A stretch of 64,000 nt of DNA, taken from the NCBI GenBank assembly GCA_900617105.1, contig UYFQ01000032.1:744001-808000 (forward strand), in the 5' to 3' direction. The notes under the pieces were generated by a model that did no database searches, had not been told where the DNA came from, and saw only the letters and a list, made by a program, of their open reading frames with translations. The position numbers were made by a program, and so were the translations under genes. This document shows positions 49,679 through 59,235 of this stretch, one piece after another. How positions within the stretch are numbered: the stretch's first letter is position 1; the number at the start of each line of letters is the position of its first letter. This stretch comes from Hydrurus foetidus (taxonomy: Eukaryota).

Positions 49679-50648
49679 ACTGCTCAAACCCGGATTGGCA
49701 ACCACCGTACAAGACGCTGGGCGCCCCGGCTACTACCACCTAGGCATCCCGCTCTCGGGTGCGATGGACCAGGAAAGCTATCACCAAGCCAACTGGCTGG
49801 TCGGCAACCCCGATGGTGCGGCGGTGCTGGAATGCACCTTGATGGCGCCCGAGCTGCGTTTTGACGCTGACGCAGTGCTGGCCATTACTGGAGCGCAAAC
49901 CACGCCCAAGCTCAATGGTGTGGAGATGGCGCGCAACACCAGCTTCGCAGTCAGGGCAGGGGACAGGCTGACGTTTGATTTTTTCAAGCTCGGTGCGCGC
50001 CTTTACATCGCCGTGGCAGGCGGGATCGACGTACCCATGGTGTTGGGCAGCCGCTCTACCTATGGCCTTGGTACGTTTGGTGGTTTGCAAGGCAGAAAGC
50101 TGCAGGCAGGCGATGTGCTGCCGGTGGGCATGCTCAATTCGACACCGGTAATTGGCAAAACCTTGCCCGAGGCGCTGCGCCTACCCTTGCGAAAAGAGTT
50201 GCAACTGCGGGTCTTGCCTGGTCTGTACTTTCATCGCTTGTTAGACGAGTCCGCGCAGAGTTTTTTTGCCGATACCTGGCGCGTGGCACCTGAAGCCGAC
50301 CGCATCGGATACCGCTACAAAGGCGGCACGCCACTTAAGTTTCACGAGCGCACACCACCTTTTGGTGCGGGTTCAGACCCTTCCAATATTGTGGATGCGG
50401 GCTACCCCTACGGCTCGATCCAGGTGCCTGCCGGGCGCGAACCCATCATTTTGCACCGCGACGCAGTCTCGGGTGGCGGCTACGCGATGGTGGGCACGGT
50501 GATCAGCGCCGACATGGATCTGATTGCCCAAATGCAACCTAACCACAGCGCACGTTTTGTCCAGGTGGACATGGCGCAGGCACTGACCGCCCGCGCTGAG
50601 CGTCGCCAACGTCTGGCCGCACAGCGCCAGGCCTTGACCACACTTTGA
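49668..50648 (+). CDS. pxpC: Carboxyltransferase A/B-domain protein (PxpC/KipA/allophanate hydrolase subunit 2 family)
   Basis: PGLATTVQDAGR, SGAMD, GSRST, DRIGYR, GSIQVP, GGY. Confidence 0.88.
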   Translation: MAIELLKPGLATTVQDAGRPGYYHLGIPLSGAMDQESYHQANWLVGNPDGAAVLECTLMAPELRFDADAVLAITGAQTTPKLNGVEMARNTSFAVRAGDRLTFDFFKLGARLYIAVAGGIDVPMVLGSRSTYGLGTFGGLQGRKLQAGDVLPVGMLNSTPVIGKTLPEALRLPLRKELQLRVLPGLYFHRLLDESAQSFFADTWRVAPEADRIGYRYKGGTPLKFHERTPPFGAGSDPSNIVDAGYPYGSIQVPAGREPIILHRDAVSGGGYAMVGTVISADMDLIAQMQPNHSARFVQVDMAQALTARAERRQRLAAQRQALTTL

Positions 50649-50678
50649 ATTGATTTTTTCACAACCCAAGGAGACAAC

Positions 50679-51761
50679 ATGAAACGCAACTTTACCCGTA
50701 CTGTCCTGGCCACCACCATGGTCATTGGTGCAAGCCTGGTTTGGCAAAACGCCAGTGCAGCCAACTGGTTCCCTTACAAGGCGGAGGCCACCGAACCGGC
50801 ATTCTCAGCGGACGGTAAAAAAACCATGATGGATTACACCCCACTGGCCAAAGCCAGTAAAAAGTGGGACATCTGCGTCTCCTTTCCGCACATGAAGGAT
50901 GCCTACTGGCTGGGTGTGGACTATGGCGTGGTCGAAGAAGCTAAACGCCAAGGCGTCAAGCTGAACCTGGTGGAAGCAGGTGGCTACACGAATCTCAGTA
51001 AACAGATTTCTCAGATTGAAGACTGCGTGGCACGCGGTGCCAATGCTGTCGTGATTGGTGCTATCTCAGGAGATGGCTTGAACAATGCGATCAAGTCCTT
51101 GGCTGCCAAGAAGATACCCGTCGTTGACCTGGTCAATGGCATCAGCTCGGCTGATGTATCGGCCAAGTCCCTGGTGTCCTTTTACACAATGGGCCAGTCC
51201 ACAGGTGAATACTTGGCCAAGAAACACCCTGCGGGTAGTGAAGCAGTCAAGGTCGGCTGGTTTCCGGGGCCAGCAGGTGCGGGTTGGGTAGAAGCTGCAC
51301 ACAAGGGATTCACTGACGCCATTAAGGGCAGTGCTGTGGTGGCGCTGGACCCCAAGTACGGCGACACTGGCAAGGAAGCCCAGTCCAAACTGGTTGAAGA
51401 TGTGTTGCAGGCCAATCCTGATCTGTCCTACGTGGCGGGTACAGCGGTAACCGCTGAAGCCGCTGTTGGCATTTTGCGCAGTCGCAACCTCGACAAGAAG
51501 GTAAAGCTGCTGTCCTTCTACATGACGCCAGGCGTCTACCATGGCATTGCCACCGGTCGCATCCTGGCTGCCCCCGCCGACTCCATGGTCATCCAAGGTC
51601 GGGTGGCTATCGACCAGGCGGTACGGCTACTGGAGGGCAAGGACCTCACGCGCCATGTCGGCCCCAAGATTTTTGTGGTCGATTCTGGCAACTACAAGAG
51701 CGTTCGCTTCGAAGACATCTTGCCGCCTCCTGGTTTCAAACCGACGTTTGAAGTCAAGTAG
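50679..51761 (+). CDS. TorT-like periplasmic binding protein of a sugar-type ABC transporter
   Basis: Signal peptide, PHMKDAYW..VDYG, EAGGY, WFPGP; followed by ATPase and permease genes. Confidence 0.85.
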   Translation: MKRNFTRTVLATTMVIGASLVWQNASAANWFPYKAEATEPAFSADGKKTMMDYTPLAKASKKWDICVSFPHMKDAYWLGVDYGVVEEAKRQGVKLNLVEAGGYTNLSKQISQIEDCVARGANAVVIGAISGDGLNNAIKSLAAKKIPVVDLVNGISSADVSAKSLVSFYTMGQSTGEYLAKKHPAGSEAVKVGWFPGPAGAGWVEAAHKGFTDAIKGSAVVALDPKYGDTGKEAQSKLVEDVLQANPDLSYVAGTAVTAEAAVGILRSRNLDKKVKLLSFYMTPGVYHGIATGRILAAPADSMVIQGRVAIDQAVRLLEGKDLTRHVGPKIFVVDSGNYKSVRFEDILPPPGFKPTFEVK

Positions 51762-51774
51762 GCCCCGCGCGCAC

Positions 51775-53283
51775 ATGAACCAGTTCCCTCTTTTACACAC
51801 CGAAGGCTTGTCTCGGTTCTACCCGGGTGTGCGCGCCCTGGACGCGGTGGACTTTGATCTGTTGGCCGGCGAGGTGCATGTACTGTTTGGCGAGAACGGT
51901 GCTGGCAAATCCACGCTGATATCGTTATTGGTGGGGGCCCAGAGGCCCAGTGTCGGCAGTATCTATGTGCGCGGCGTCCCCCTGCAGTTCGGCAATGTGC
52001 ATGACGCCCGGGCTCAGGGCATCAGCGCGGTATTCCAAGAGTTCTCGCTGATACCAACGCTGAGCATTGCGCAAAACCTGTGCCTGGGCGAAGAGCCCTT
52101 GCAGCACGGCATGCTGAACAAAGCGGCCTTGCTCGCACGTGCCCAGCGCAGTCTTGATGAGCTGGGTTTTGATGTCGATGCCTCGGCTCTGGTGGCTACG
52201 CTGAGCCGTGCGCAGCAGCAAATGGTGGAGATCGCTAAGGGCTTGCGAGGGCAAGTGTCCGTGCTTATCTTGGACGAGCCCACCGCTTCTCTGACCGAGC
52301 GCGAGACAAGCAATCTGTTCGCACTGATTGCACGACTGAAGACGCAGGGCGTGGGCATTGTGTACATATCGCACCGCATGCAAGAGATCACTCAGATTGC
52401 CGACCGGGTGACTGTATTGCGTGACGGCAAAAAGGTTTGCACCGTCAACGCAGCGGACACCACACACGACCAACTCATCAGTCTGATGAGTGGCCGCAGC
52501 ATTGAAAAAATTTACCCTCACATCGAAGCTCATCCAGGAGAGCTGGTGCTAGAACTCAAGCAGGTCAGCACCGCCAGCGGCGTGCGCGACGCCTCTATTA
52601 CCGTGCGCCGTGGGGAGGTGGTGGGTTTGGCCGGTTTGGTCGGCTGTGGCAAATCAGAATTGCTCCGGGCCGCTTACGGGCTGGAGCCAATCCAAAGCGG
52701 CCACGTGCTTTTCAAAGGGCGCGACCACAGTCGTGCCAATCCTGCGCAAAGCTTGAAAGCGGGCTATTTTTACTTGCCACCTGATCGCAAAACAGAAGGT
52801 CTGGTGTTGGGCTTTACCAGTGCGTCCAACATCACGCTGTCAGTCCTCTCGGGTTCTTTGCGCGGACTGGGTGGTTGGCTGCGCACGAAGGACGCCAAGA
52901 GCATGGCTGCCAAAGCAGGCGATAAGGTGGAACTGAATGACCGCAATTTGGGCAAGGCTGTGGGTTTACTTTCTGGCGGAAACCAGCAAAAGGCCTTGTT
53001 TGCCAAAGGGCTGACGCGCGACATGGACTTGTATGTGTTCGATGAACCGACGGTGGGTGTCGATGTCGGCACGCGCTCAGCACTGTACGAAGTGATCAAG
53101 CAATTGTGCGAAGGCGGCGCCGCTGTCGTACTGATTTCCTCCGACTTACCCGAAGTGCTGCACCTGGCGCACCGTGCCTATGTGATGTGCCGTGGCGAAG
53201 TGATGGGCGAACTGCAAGGCAAAGACATCACTGAGAGCGGCCTGTTGAATTTATTTTTTGGTGCCAAGAAAGGCCTGACATGA
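51775..53283 (+). CDS. Sugar ABC transporter ATP-binding protein (tandem ABC domains)
   Basis: GENGAGKS, LDEPTA, ISHR, LSGGNQQK, DEPTVGVD. Confidence 0.93.
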   Translation: MNQFPLLHTEGLSRFYPGVRALDAVDFDLLAGEVHVLFGENGAGKSTLISLLVGAQRPSVGSIYVRGVPLQFGNVHDARAQGISAVFQEFSLIPTLSIAQNLCLGEEPLQHGMLNKAALLARAQRSLDELGFDVDASALVATLSRAQQQMVEIAKGLRGQVSVLILDEPTASLTERETSNLFALIARLKTQGVGIVYISHRMQEITQIADRVTVLRDGKKVCTVNAADTTHDQLISLMSGRSIEKIYPHIEAHPGELVLELKQVSTASGVRDASITVRRGEVVGLAGLVGCGKSELLRAAYGLEPIQSGHVLFKGRDHSRANPAQSLKAGYFYLPPDRKTEGLVLGFTSASNITLSVLSGSLRGLGGWLRTKDAKSMAAKAGDKVELNDRNLGKAVGLLSGGNQQKALFAKGLTRDMDLYVFDEPTVGVDVGTRSALYEVIKQLCEGGAAVVLISSDLPEVLHLAHRAYVMCRGEVMGELQGKDITESGLLNLFFGAKKGLT

Positions 53284-54323
53284 CCACAAACATCGCAGCG
53301 GCATTGCCGACTGCTTCCCTCTCTCTCTTCGAACGGGCGCTACAAGGCGCGAGGCAACTGTTTGTTCAATTGGGCGTGTTGCCCTTCATGCTGGTGCTGG
53401 CTGTGCTGGTGTTTGGAACCCTGTCTGACCAGTTTCTCTCAGCGCAAAACCTGATGAATCTCATGCGCCAGTCGGTTTACCTGATTCTGGTGTCTTTGGG
53501 CCAAATGTTGGCCTTGGTGACGGGCGGCTTCGATCTTTCAGTTGGCACCATCATGGCGCTGACCTCTGTGGTGTCGGCTATGGTCATGCATGCCCTGGGG
53601 CAAAGCTTTCCGGACATGGTGGGCCTGACTATCGTCGCCGGTTGCTTGGCGGGCTTGATGGCCGGTCTGCTGGTCGGTTTGCTTAATGGTTTGGGGGTGG
53701 CCTGGGCTGGTGTGTCGCCCTTTATCGTCACCATGGGTGTGCAGTCCATCGGCTTTGGTGCTGCTTTGTACCTGACTGGGGGCGTGCCCGTGAATGGATT
53801 GCCGCCCGCATTCAGTGACCTGTTTGGCTTTGGTAGCGTGCTGGGGCTGCCCTTGCCCGTGCTGGTAACCGCGCTTTGCGTGCTGGCTATTTACTTGCTG
53901 ATGAACCGGCTGCCCACTGGCACCTACCTGCTGGCGGTGGGTGGCAATGCCAAGGCAGCAGCCCTGTCTGGTATCGATACACGCAAGGTGCTGCTGATGG
54001 CCTATCTGTTGTGCGCTTTGCTCTCTTCGGTTAGTGGCCTGCTGTTGACGGCGCGAGTCGAGACGGGAGAGGCCAACCTGGGCGGCACCATCGCACTGGA
54101 ATCGATCGCCGCCTGTGTGATAGCGGGGGTGAGTCTGCGCGGCGGCATTGGGCAGGTGCCCAACGTGGTGATGGGGGCTATTTTCATTGGTCTGGTGCAA
54201 AACGGCATGAACCTGACCAATGTGGGGTCTTACCTGCAAATGGTGGTTCTTGGGTTTCTGCTGATCATCGCAGTTGTTGCTGATCAGTTCCGCCAACGCA
54301 TGATTTTGCCGAGCAAAGCCTGA
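53280..54323 (+). CDS. Sugar ABC transporter permease (RbsC-like)
   Basis: GGFDLSVG, PFIVT, AVGGN..AA.LSGI, IAACVIAGVSL.GG. Confidence 0.92.
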   Translation: MTTNIAAALPTASLSLFERALQGARQLFVQLGVLPFMLVLAVLVFGTLSDQFLSAQNLMNLMRQSVYLILVSLGQMLALVTGGFDLSVGTIMALTSVVSAMVMHALGQSFPDMVGLTIVAGCLAGLMAGLLVGLLNGLGVAWAGVSPFIVTMGVQSIGFGAALYLTGGVPVNGLPPAFSDLFGFGSVLGLPLPVLVTALCVLAIYLLMNRLPTGTYLLAVGGNAKAAALSGIDTRKVLLMAYLLCALLSSVSGLLLTARVETGEANLGGTIALESIAACVIAGVSLRGGIGQVPNVVMGAIFIGLVQNGMNLTNVGSYLQMVVLGFLLIIAVVADQFRQRMILPSKA

Positions 54324-54382
54324 GATTTCTGATCAATTTTTATCCCCATTTGGCACTCCATGAAAAGAGAAGAAAACGCCAA

Positions 54383-54620
54383 TTGATCGTGGACGCGCAG
54401 AGCGCGCAAGAACACGGACACAGCGAGTAGAAAAGGCTATGACGCAGGCAAGAAGATCTCAGGCATCAAGCGCCACATCGTGGTGGATACGCAAGATTGC
54501 CACACGCAGTGGAAGTAACCACCGCCGATGTGACGGATCGCAAAGGAGCCTTGCAAGCCATGACCCGCTGCAAGGCGAACTTGAGCATGATTTGGTGCTT
54601 CGGAGACCGTAAACACGCTC
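54383..54620 (+). pseudogene. IS5-family transposase remnant (frameshifted, deleted)
   Basis: Pieces LIVDAQS / KNTDTASRKGYDAGKKISGIKRHIVVDTQ / LPHAVEVTTADVTDRKGAL across two frameshifts; DDE N2/N3 region of IS5-type transposases. Confidence 0.85.
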
Positions 54621-55358
54621 TCAGTGCTGCAAGATTTTGTTCAAGAAATCCTTGGTGCGTGGCTGACGGGCTTCCAGGTTGTTGAAGAAGTCGTCTTTGG
54701 TGCAGTCTTCCAAAATTTTGCCGCCCACGTCGATAAAGATCACGCGGCTGGCCACTTTGCGGGCGAAACCCATTTCGTGGGTGACGCACATCATCGTCAT
54801 GCCTTCTTTGGCGAGCGTGACCATCACGTCGAGCACTTCGCCCACCATCTCGGGGTCAAGTGCGGAAGTGGGTTCGTCGAACAACATCACCATCGGGTCC
54901 ATGCTGAGGGCACGGGCAATGGCGACGCGCTGCTGCTGGCCGCCAGAGAGTTGACCGGGAAACTTGTCTTTGTGTGCCATCAGGCCCACACGGTCGAGCA
55001 TTTTGAGGCCACGCACTTTGGCATCGTCTGCGCTGCGGCCCAGCACCTTGATTTGGGCGATGGTCAGGTTTTCGGTCACGCTCAAATGGGGGAACAGCTC
55101 GAAGTGCTGAAACACCATGCCGACGCGGCTGCGCAGTTTGGGCAGGTCGGTCTTGGGGTCGTGCAAGGGCGTGCCATCGACAAAGATTTCGCCTTTCTGG
55201 AACGGCTCCAGCGCGTTCACGGTTTTGATGAGGGTGGACTTGCCCGAACCCGATGGGCCGCACACCACCACCACATCACCTTTTTTGATGCTGACGTTGC
55301 AGTTATTGAGCACCTGTACAGGGCCATACCACTTGGATACGTTTTTAATTTCAATCAT
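54621..55358 (-). CDS. gltL: Glutamate/aspartate ABC transporter ATP-binding protein
   Basis: [32 protein letters not shown]; operon context. Confidence 0.88.
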   Translation of the reverse strand: MIEIKNVSKWYGPVQVLNNCNVSIKKGDVVVVCGPSGSGKSTLIKTVNALEPFQKGEIFVDGTPLHDPKTDLPKLRSRVGMVFQHFELFPHLSVTENLTIAQIKVLGRSADDAKVRGLKMLDRVGLMAHKDKFPGQLSGGQQQRVAIARALSMDPMVMLFDEPTSALDPEMVGEVLDVMVTLAKEGMTMMCVTHEMGFARKVASRVIFIDVGGKILEDCTKDDFFNNLEARQPRTKDFLNKILQH

Positions 55359-56029
55359 GAAAAGCTCCGAATTGTTTAGCGAATGATGGCAATCTTGGCC
55401 TGCAATTTTTTGACCGCGTAAGACAGGCCATAGCAGATCACAAAATAAACCACGGCAGCCAGCAGGTAGGCTTCTTCAGGACGGCCATAAATTTTGCCTG
55501 CGGTGACGAAGCCTTTGAGCAAATCATAGGCACCGATGGCGTAGACCAACGAGGTGTCTTGAAACAAGATGATAGTCTGCGTGAGCAGCACCGGCAGCAT
55601 GTTGCGAAACGCCTGGGGCAGCACCACCAGCCTCATGTTTTGCGCGTAAGTCATGCCCACCGCTTGCCCTGCATGCACCTGCCCACGGGGAATGGACTGG
55701 ATGCCTGCACGCATGATTTCGCTGAAGTAAGCGCACTCAAAAGCGATGAAGGTGATGATGGCAGACAGCTCGGCACCAATCGGGCGACCGATCAAGAACG
55801 GAATCAGTAAGAAGAAGCCCAAAATCACCATCACCAGGGGCACCGAGCGCATGCCGTTGACGTAGATGGTGGCGGGGATCATCAGGGCTTTTTTGCCTGA
55901 CAAGCGCATCAGCGCGAGCAAAGTGCCAAAGAAGATACCGCCAATGGTGGCTATCGCTGTCAGCTCAAGACTGAACAGGAAGCCTTTCATCACGAACTTG
56001 GTGATGATCTCGAAGTTGAAGAAACTTAA

Positions 56030-57321
56030 GGGCAGTTCTATAAATCGACGTTAACCACCCCAAGCCTTGCCTGGGACGCTAAACATTTCACAATGCGAAT
56101 TTGTTTTGTGTTTTTTCGCATTTTTGGTGATTTCGAGGCGCTTCAAGGGGGGTTTTGCCCCCATTTCAGGCCACTTGGCCCATTTTGGGCGTGAGCAGGC
56201 GAGAGAAGCTAAAAACCTTGTTGCGCATGAGTATCTCAATGCGGCTGATGTTGTAGGTGAGGTTCATCAACGCCACGCCCACTTTGGCGCGAGCGAGTCC
56301 GATGGTGCGCAGGCCCATGCCGCCCATTGTGTTTTCCATGTGCCCAAAGACATGCTCAACGCGAGCGCGTACTTTGGACTTGGTTTTGTTGGTGGCCTTT
56401 TGTTCCTCCGTCAGAGGATGGTTGCGATACGCCCGCTCATGGATGTGGCTGCTGTGTTGGCTGGCCTGGAGCGCCTTTTCCTGCTCCTCTGAGCGGTAGG
56501 CGCTGTCTGCCCACGTGTCTTTGCCACCCTCTTCTGGTGTGCGCAGCACGGTATCAAGCTCTTGGCTGTCGTGAACGCTGGCATCTGTACACGCATGCGC
56601 CGTGATCAGCTTGGTGTCTTTGTCGATGTTGATGTGGTTCTTGTAGCCGTAGTGGCTTTGCCCGCTTTTCTTTGTCCAGCGGGCATCTACGTCTTTGTGC
56701 CGTAGCTTGTTTGCGTTGTCCATCCACTCTTCGGGGGTCTTGCCTGCTTTGAGTTGGGCATTCTCTTCGCGCCCATTGCGCTGGATGGGTACGGGGATAA
56801 AGCTGGCATCTATGATTTGCCCACTTTTGAGTTCCACGCCCATATCCCCTAGCGCTTGGGTCAGCTTGTCCAGCAGGGGCTGCATCAGGTCGCTCTTCTT
56901 GAGCGCTTCGCGAAAGGCCCAGACGGTTCTTGAGTCAGGTACAAGTCCAGCCAACTCCAACCCTAAAAACCGCATGAACGACAGCCGGTCCGTCACTTGG
57001 TATTCCAAGCGCTCGTCTGAGAGTTGATGCAGGCGCTGGAGCAGCAGCATCTTGAACATCACGATTCGGCAGGTTGGTGGACGTCCTGCTGCGCTTTTGC
57101 GTGGCTTTACATCTATGCGCTCGAGCGTCGTGCGAAACATCTCCCAGTCAATTGCCTCATTCAACCGCTCCAGCGGATCTCCGGCCTCGCTCAACTTCGC
57201 GTACCTCTTGTCGAGGTCAAAAAAACTGCTTTGCATCATGGCTTGTGATTAGGAGGCTTCTTAGATAAACGATTTATATCGTTTATGCGTTGACTGGATT
57301 TGGGAATTTATAGGACTGCCC
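56030..57321 (-). mobile_element. Complete IS5-family insertion sequence, 1292 bp
   Basis: Terminal IRs GGGCAGTTCTATAAAT / GGGCAGTCCTATAAAT (15/16 match); TTAA target duplication at 56026-56029 and 57322-57325. Confidence 0.95.
56166..57239 (-). CDS. IS5 family transposase
   Basis: Intact 357 aa ORF: GRPP, LSDE..E, IIDAS, YGYKNH, ADSAY, RARVEHVFG (DDE). Confidence 0.95.
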   Translation of the reverse strand: MMQSSFFDLDKRYAKLSEAGDPLERLNEAIDWEMFRTTLERIDVKPRKSAAGRPPTCRIVMFKMLLLQRLHQLSDERLEYQVTDRLSFMRFLGLELAGLVPDSRTVWAFREALKKSDLMQPLLDKLTQALGDMGVELKSGQIIDASFIPVPIQRNGREENAQLKAGKTPEEWMDNANKLRHKDVDARWTKKSGQSHYGYKNHINIDKDTKLITAHACTDASVHDSQELDTVLRTPEEGGKDTWADSAYRSEEQEKALQASQHSSHIHERAYRNHPLTEEQKATNKTKSKVRARVEHVFGHMENTMGGMGLRTIGLARAKVGVALMNLTYNISRIEILMRNKVFSFSRLLTPKMGQVA

Positions 57322-57341
57322 TTAAGTCTAAGCCGCCCATG

Positions 57342-58064
57342 TCAATGCCCCCCGCCCGTGCCACCCGCGACGATGAAGCCGGGGATTTGGAGCTTTTTCT
57401 CTACAAAGGCCATGACACGGTTCACGGCAAAAGCCGAAGCCGCGTACAGCAGCGTGACCACCAAAAAAATTTCAACGCCGCGTGAGGTTTCTTCCGCCGC
57501 TTGGGTGAAGAAAAACGTGAGTTCAGCAATCGACACCGCAAACGCAACGGAAGAGTTCTTCAGCAGGTTCATAGACTCGCTGGTGAGTGGCGGCAAGATG
57601 ATGCGAAACGCCATCGGCAAGATCACGTAACGGTAGGTTTGGAAGGTGGTGAAACCCACCGCCATACCGGCGTAACGCTGGCCTTTGGGCAAAGCCTGAA
57701 CACCGGCGCGTACCTGCTCGGCGATACGGGCGGAGGTAAAGAATCCCAAGCCAAACACCACCAGCAAGAACCCGGGTATCGCCTGCATCGCAGGGAATAT
57801 TTTGGGCAGCACGAAGTACCAAAGAAAAAGTTGCACCAAGATCGGGATGTTGCGAAACAGCTCGACCCAAGCGTTGGCCAAGCGCACCAGCCAAGGGCTG
57901 TTGGGCAGGGTACGCAGGGTACCCATGAGCGCCCCCATCACCACGGCAATCACCCAAGCGCAGCCCGCGACGGACAGCGTCCAGCCCCATGCATCCATCA
58001 TCCACGAGAGGTAAGTTCGCCCACTCCCGTCGTCTTGCAAAAATACCTGCCAATCACCAACCAT
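57342..58064 (-). CDS. gltJ: Glutamate/aspartate ABC transporter permease
   Basis: ELFRNIP..VQLF, AEQVRAG, LLKNSSVA. Confidence 0.87.
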   Translation of the reverse strand: MVGDWQVFLQDDGSGRTYLSWMMDAWGWTLSVAGCAWVIAVVMGALMGTLRTLPNSPWLVRLANAWVELFRNIPILVQLFLWYFVLPKIFPAMQAIPGFLLVVFGLGFFTSARIAEQVRAGVQALPKGQRYAGMAVGFTTFQTYRYVILPMAFRIILPPLTSESMNLLKNSSVAFAVSIAELTFFFTQAAEETSRGVEIFLVVTLLYAASAFAVNRVMAFVEKKLQIPGFIVAGGTGGGH

Positions 58065-58151
58065 AAATCACTCCGTCAAGAAGTTAAAAAATACCGTCAA
58101 GAAGCCACATCAACATCCGTCAACGTGACCTCTTGCCACTTCTTGTTTGCC

Positions 58152-59048
58152 TTACTTCTTGGCGTAGTCTTCCATAGGCTTGTCGTTTGGCGTGGCCCAA
58201 GCAGCCTTGGTGCTTTCGCTGGCAGCGTAGCCCACTTTGGTGTTCTTGGGAGGGATGGGTTGCATGAACCACTTGTCCCACAACTTGGCCATTTCGCCCG
58301 ACTTCATCATGCCTTTGACGGTATCGTCACCCAGCTTCTTGAAAGCAGGGTCGTCTTTGCGGATCATGATGGCGATGGGCTCAACGCTGAGCACCTCACC
58401 AACAAGCTTGAAATCAGCAGGGCTCTTGGCGGTGGCAATGTTGCCAGCCAAAATCGCGCCATCCATCACGAAAGCATCCGCACGACCAGATTCGAGCAGC
58501 AAGAAACTGTCGGAATGGTCTTTGCCGAAAATTTCTTTGAAATCTACGCCTGTAGCACGCTCGTTCTTGCGCAATGTTTGCACCGACGTGGTGCCTGTGG
58601 TGGTGGCTACATTTTTGCCGTTCAATTGCGCGATACCGGTGATGCCAGAGCTGGCTTTCACAGCAATGCGCACTTCTTCCACAAACGTGGTCACCAAGAA
58701 AGACACGTCTTTCTGGCGTGTCGCGTTGTTGGTGGTTGAACCGCACTCAATGTCTACCGTGCCGTTTTGCACCAAGGGGATACGGTTTTGCGACGTGACG
58801 GGCACGTATTTCACTTCCAACTTCTTGCCCACAACCTTTTCGAGGTCGGTAATCACGTGCTGGCAAATCTCATAGTGGTACCCGGTGTACTTACCGTCAC
58901 CCAAGGTGTAGGACAGTGCGCCAGAAGAGTCCCGCACACCCACAGTGATAACGCCAGAGGCCTTGGCCTTGGCGATGGTGTCGTTGGCCTGAGCGAATGC
59001 GCCGCCAGCAGCTGCAAACAGGGCCAATGCGATCAATGATTTTTTCAT
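58152..59048 (-). CDS. gltI: Glutamate/aspartate ABC transporter substrate-binding protein
   Basis: Signal peptide, VTSQNRIPL, ECGSTTNN, TTGTT, FVMD. Confidence 0.88.
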   Translation of the reverse strand: MKKSLIALALFAAAGGAFAQANDTIAKAKASGVITVGVRDSSGALSYTLGDGKYTGYHYEICQHVITDLEKVVGKKLEVKYVPVTSQNRIPLVQNGTVDIECGSTTNNATRQKDVSFLVTTFVEEVRIAVKASSGITGIAQLNGKNVATTTGTTSVQTLRKNERATGVDFKEIFGKDHSDSFLLLESGRADAFVMDGAILAGNIATAKSPADFKLVGEVLSVEPIAIMIRKDDPAFKKLGDDTVKGMMKSGEMAKLWDKWFMQPIPPKNTKVGYAASESTKAAWATPNDKPMEDYAKK

Positions 59049-59188
59049 GAAAATTCCTTCTGTGAAACAGTAAAAACAATAGCAATGTAACGCTTAATCT
59101 TAGGTGTGAAGCACCGAATTTCTCACCCGGACATTCCCGAATGGGTTCGTCCTAGACACCGACACTGCAAACCTACTCTTCGATCAAT

Positions 59189-59204
59189 GGCAATTTTCAT
59201 GCCA
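59189..59204 (-). promoter_or_regulatory. Sigma-54 (-24/-12) promoter upstream of gltI
   Basis: Minus strand TGGCATGAAAATTGCC matches TGGCAC-N5-TTGC with correct GG/GC spacing, ~140 bp upstream of gltI. Confidence 0.65.
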
Positions 59205-59235
59205 CTCTAAGCGCTTTGAATCGAAAGGTAACCGA

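Larger units (their letters stand above)
55376..57340 (-). pseudogene. gltK: Glutamate/aspartate ABC permease interrupted by IS5 at codon 6-7 (a ~205 aa 3' part, 55376-55993, stays open)
   Basis: Removing the IS and one TTAA restores ATG GGC GGC TTA GAC TTA AGT TTC TTC AAC... (MGGLDLSFFNFEIITKFVMKG), in frame with the downstream permease ORF. Confidence 0.85.

Noticed and set aside
50679..51761. TMAO respiration system (torT)
   Set aside because: No torS/torR/torCAD nearby; the gene heads a sugar-type ABC transporter.
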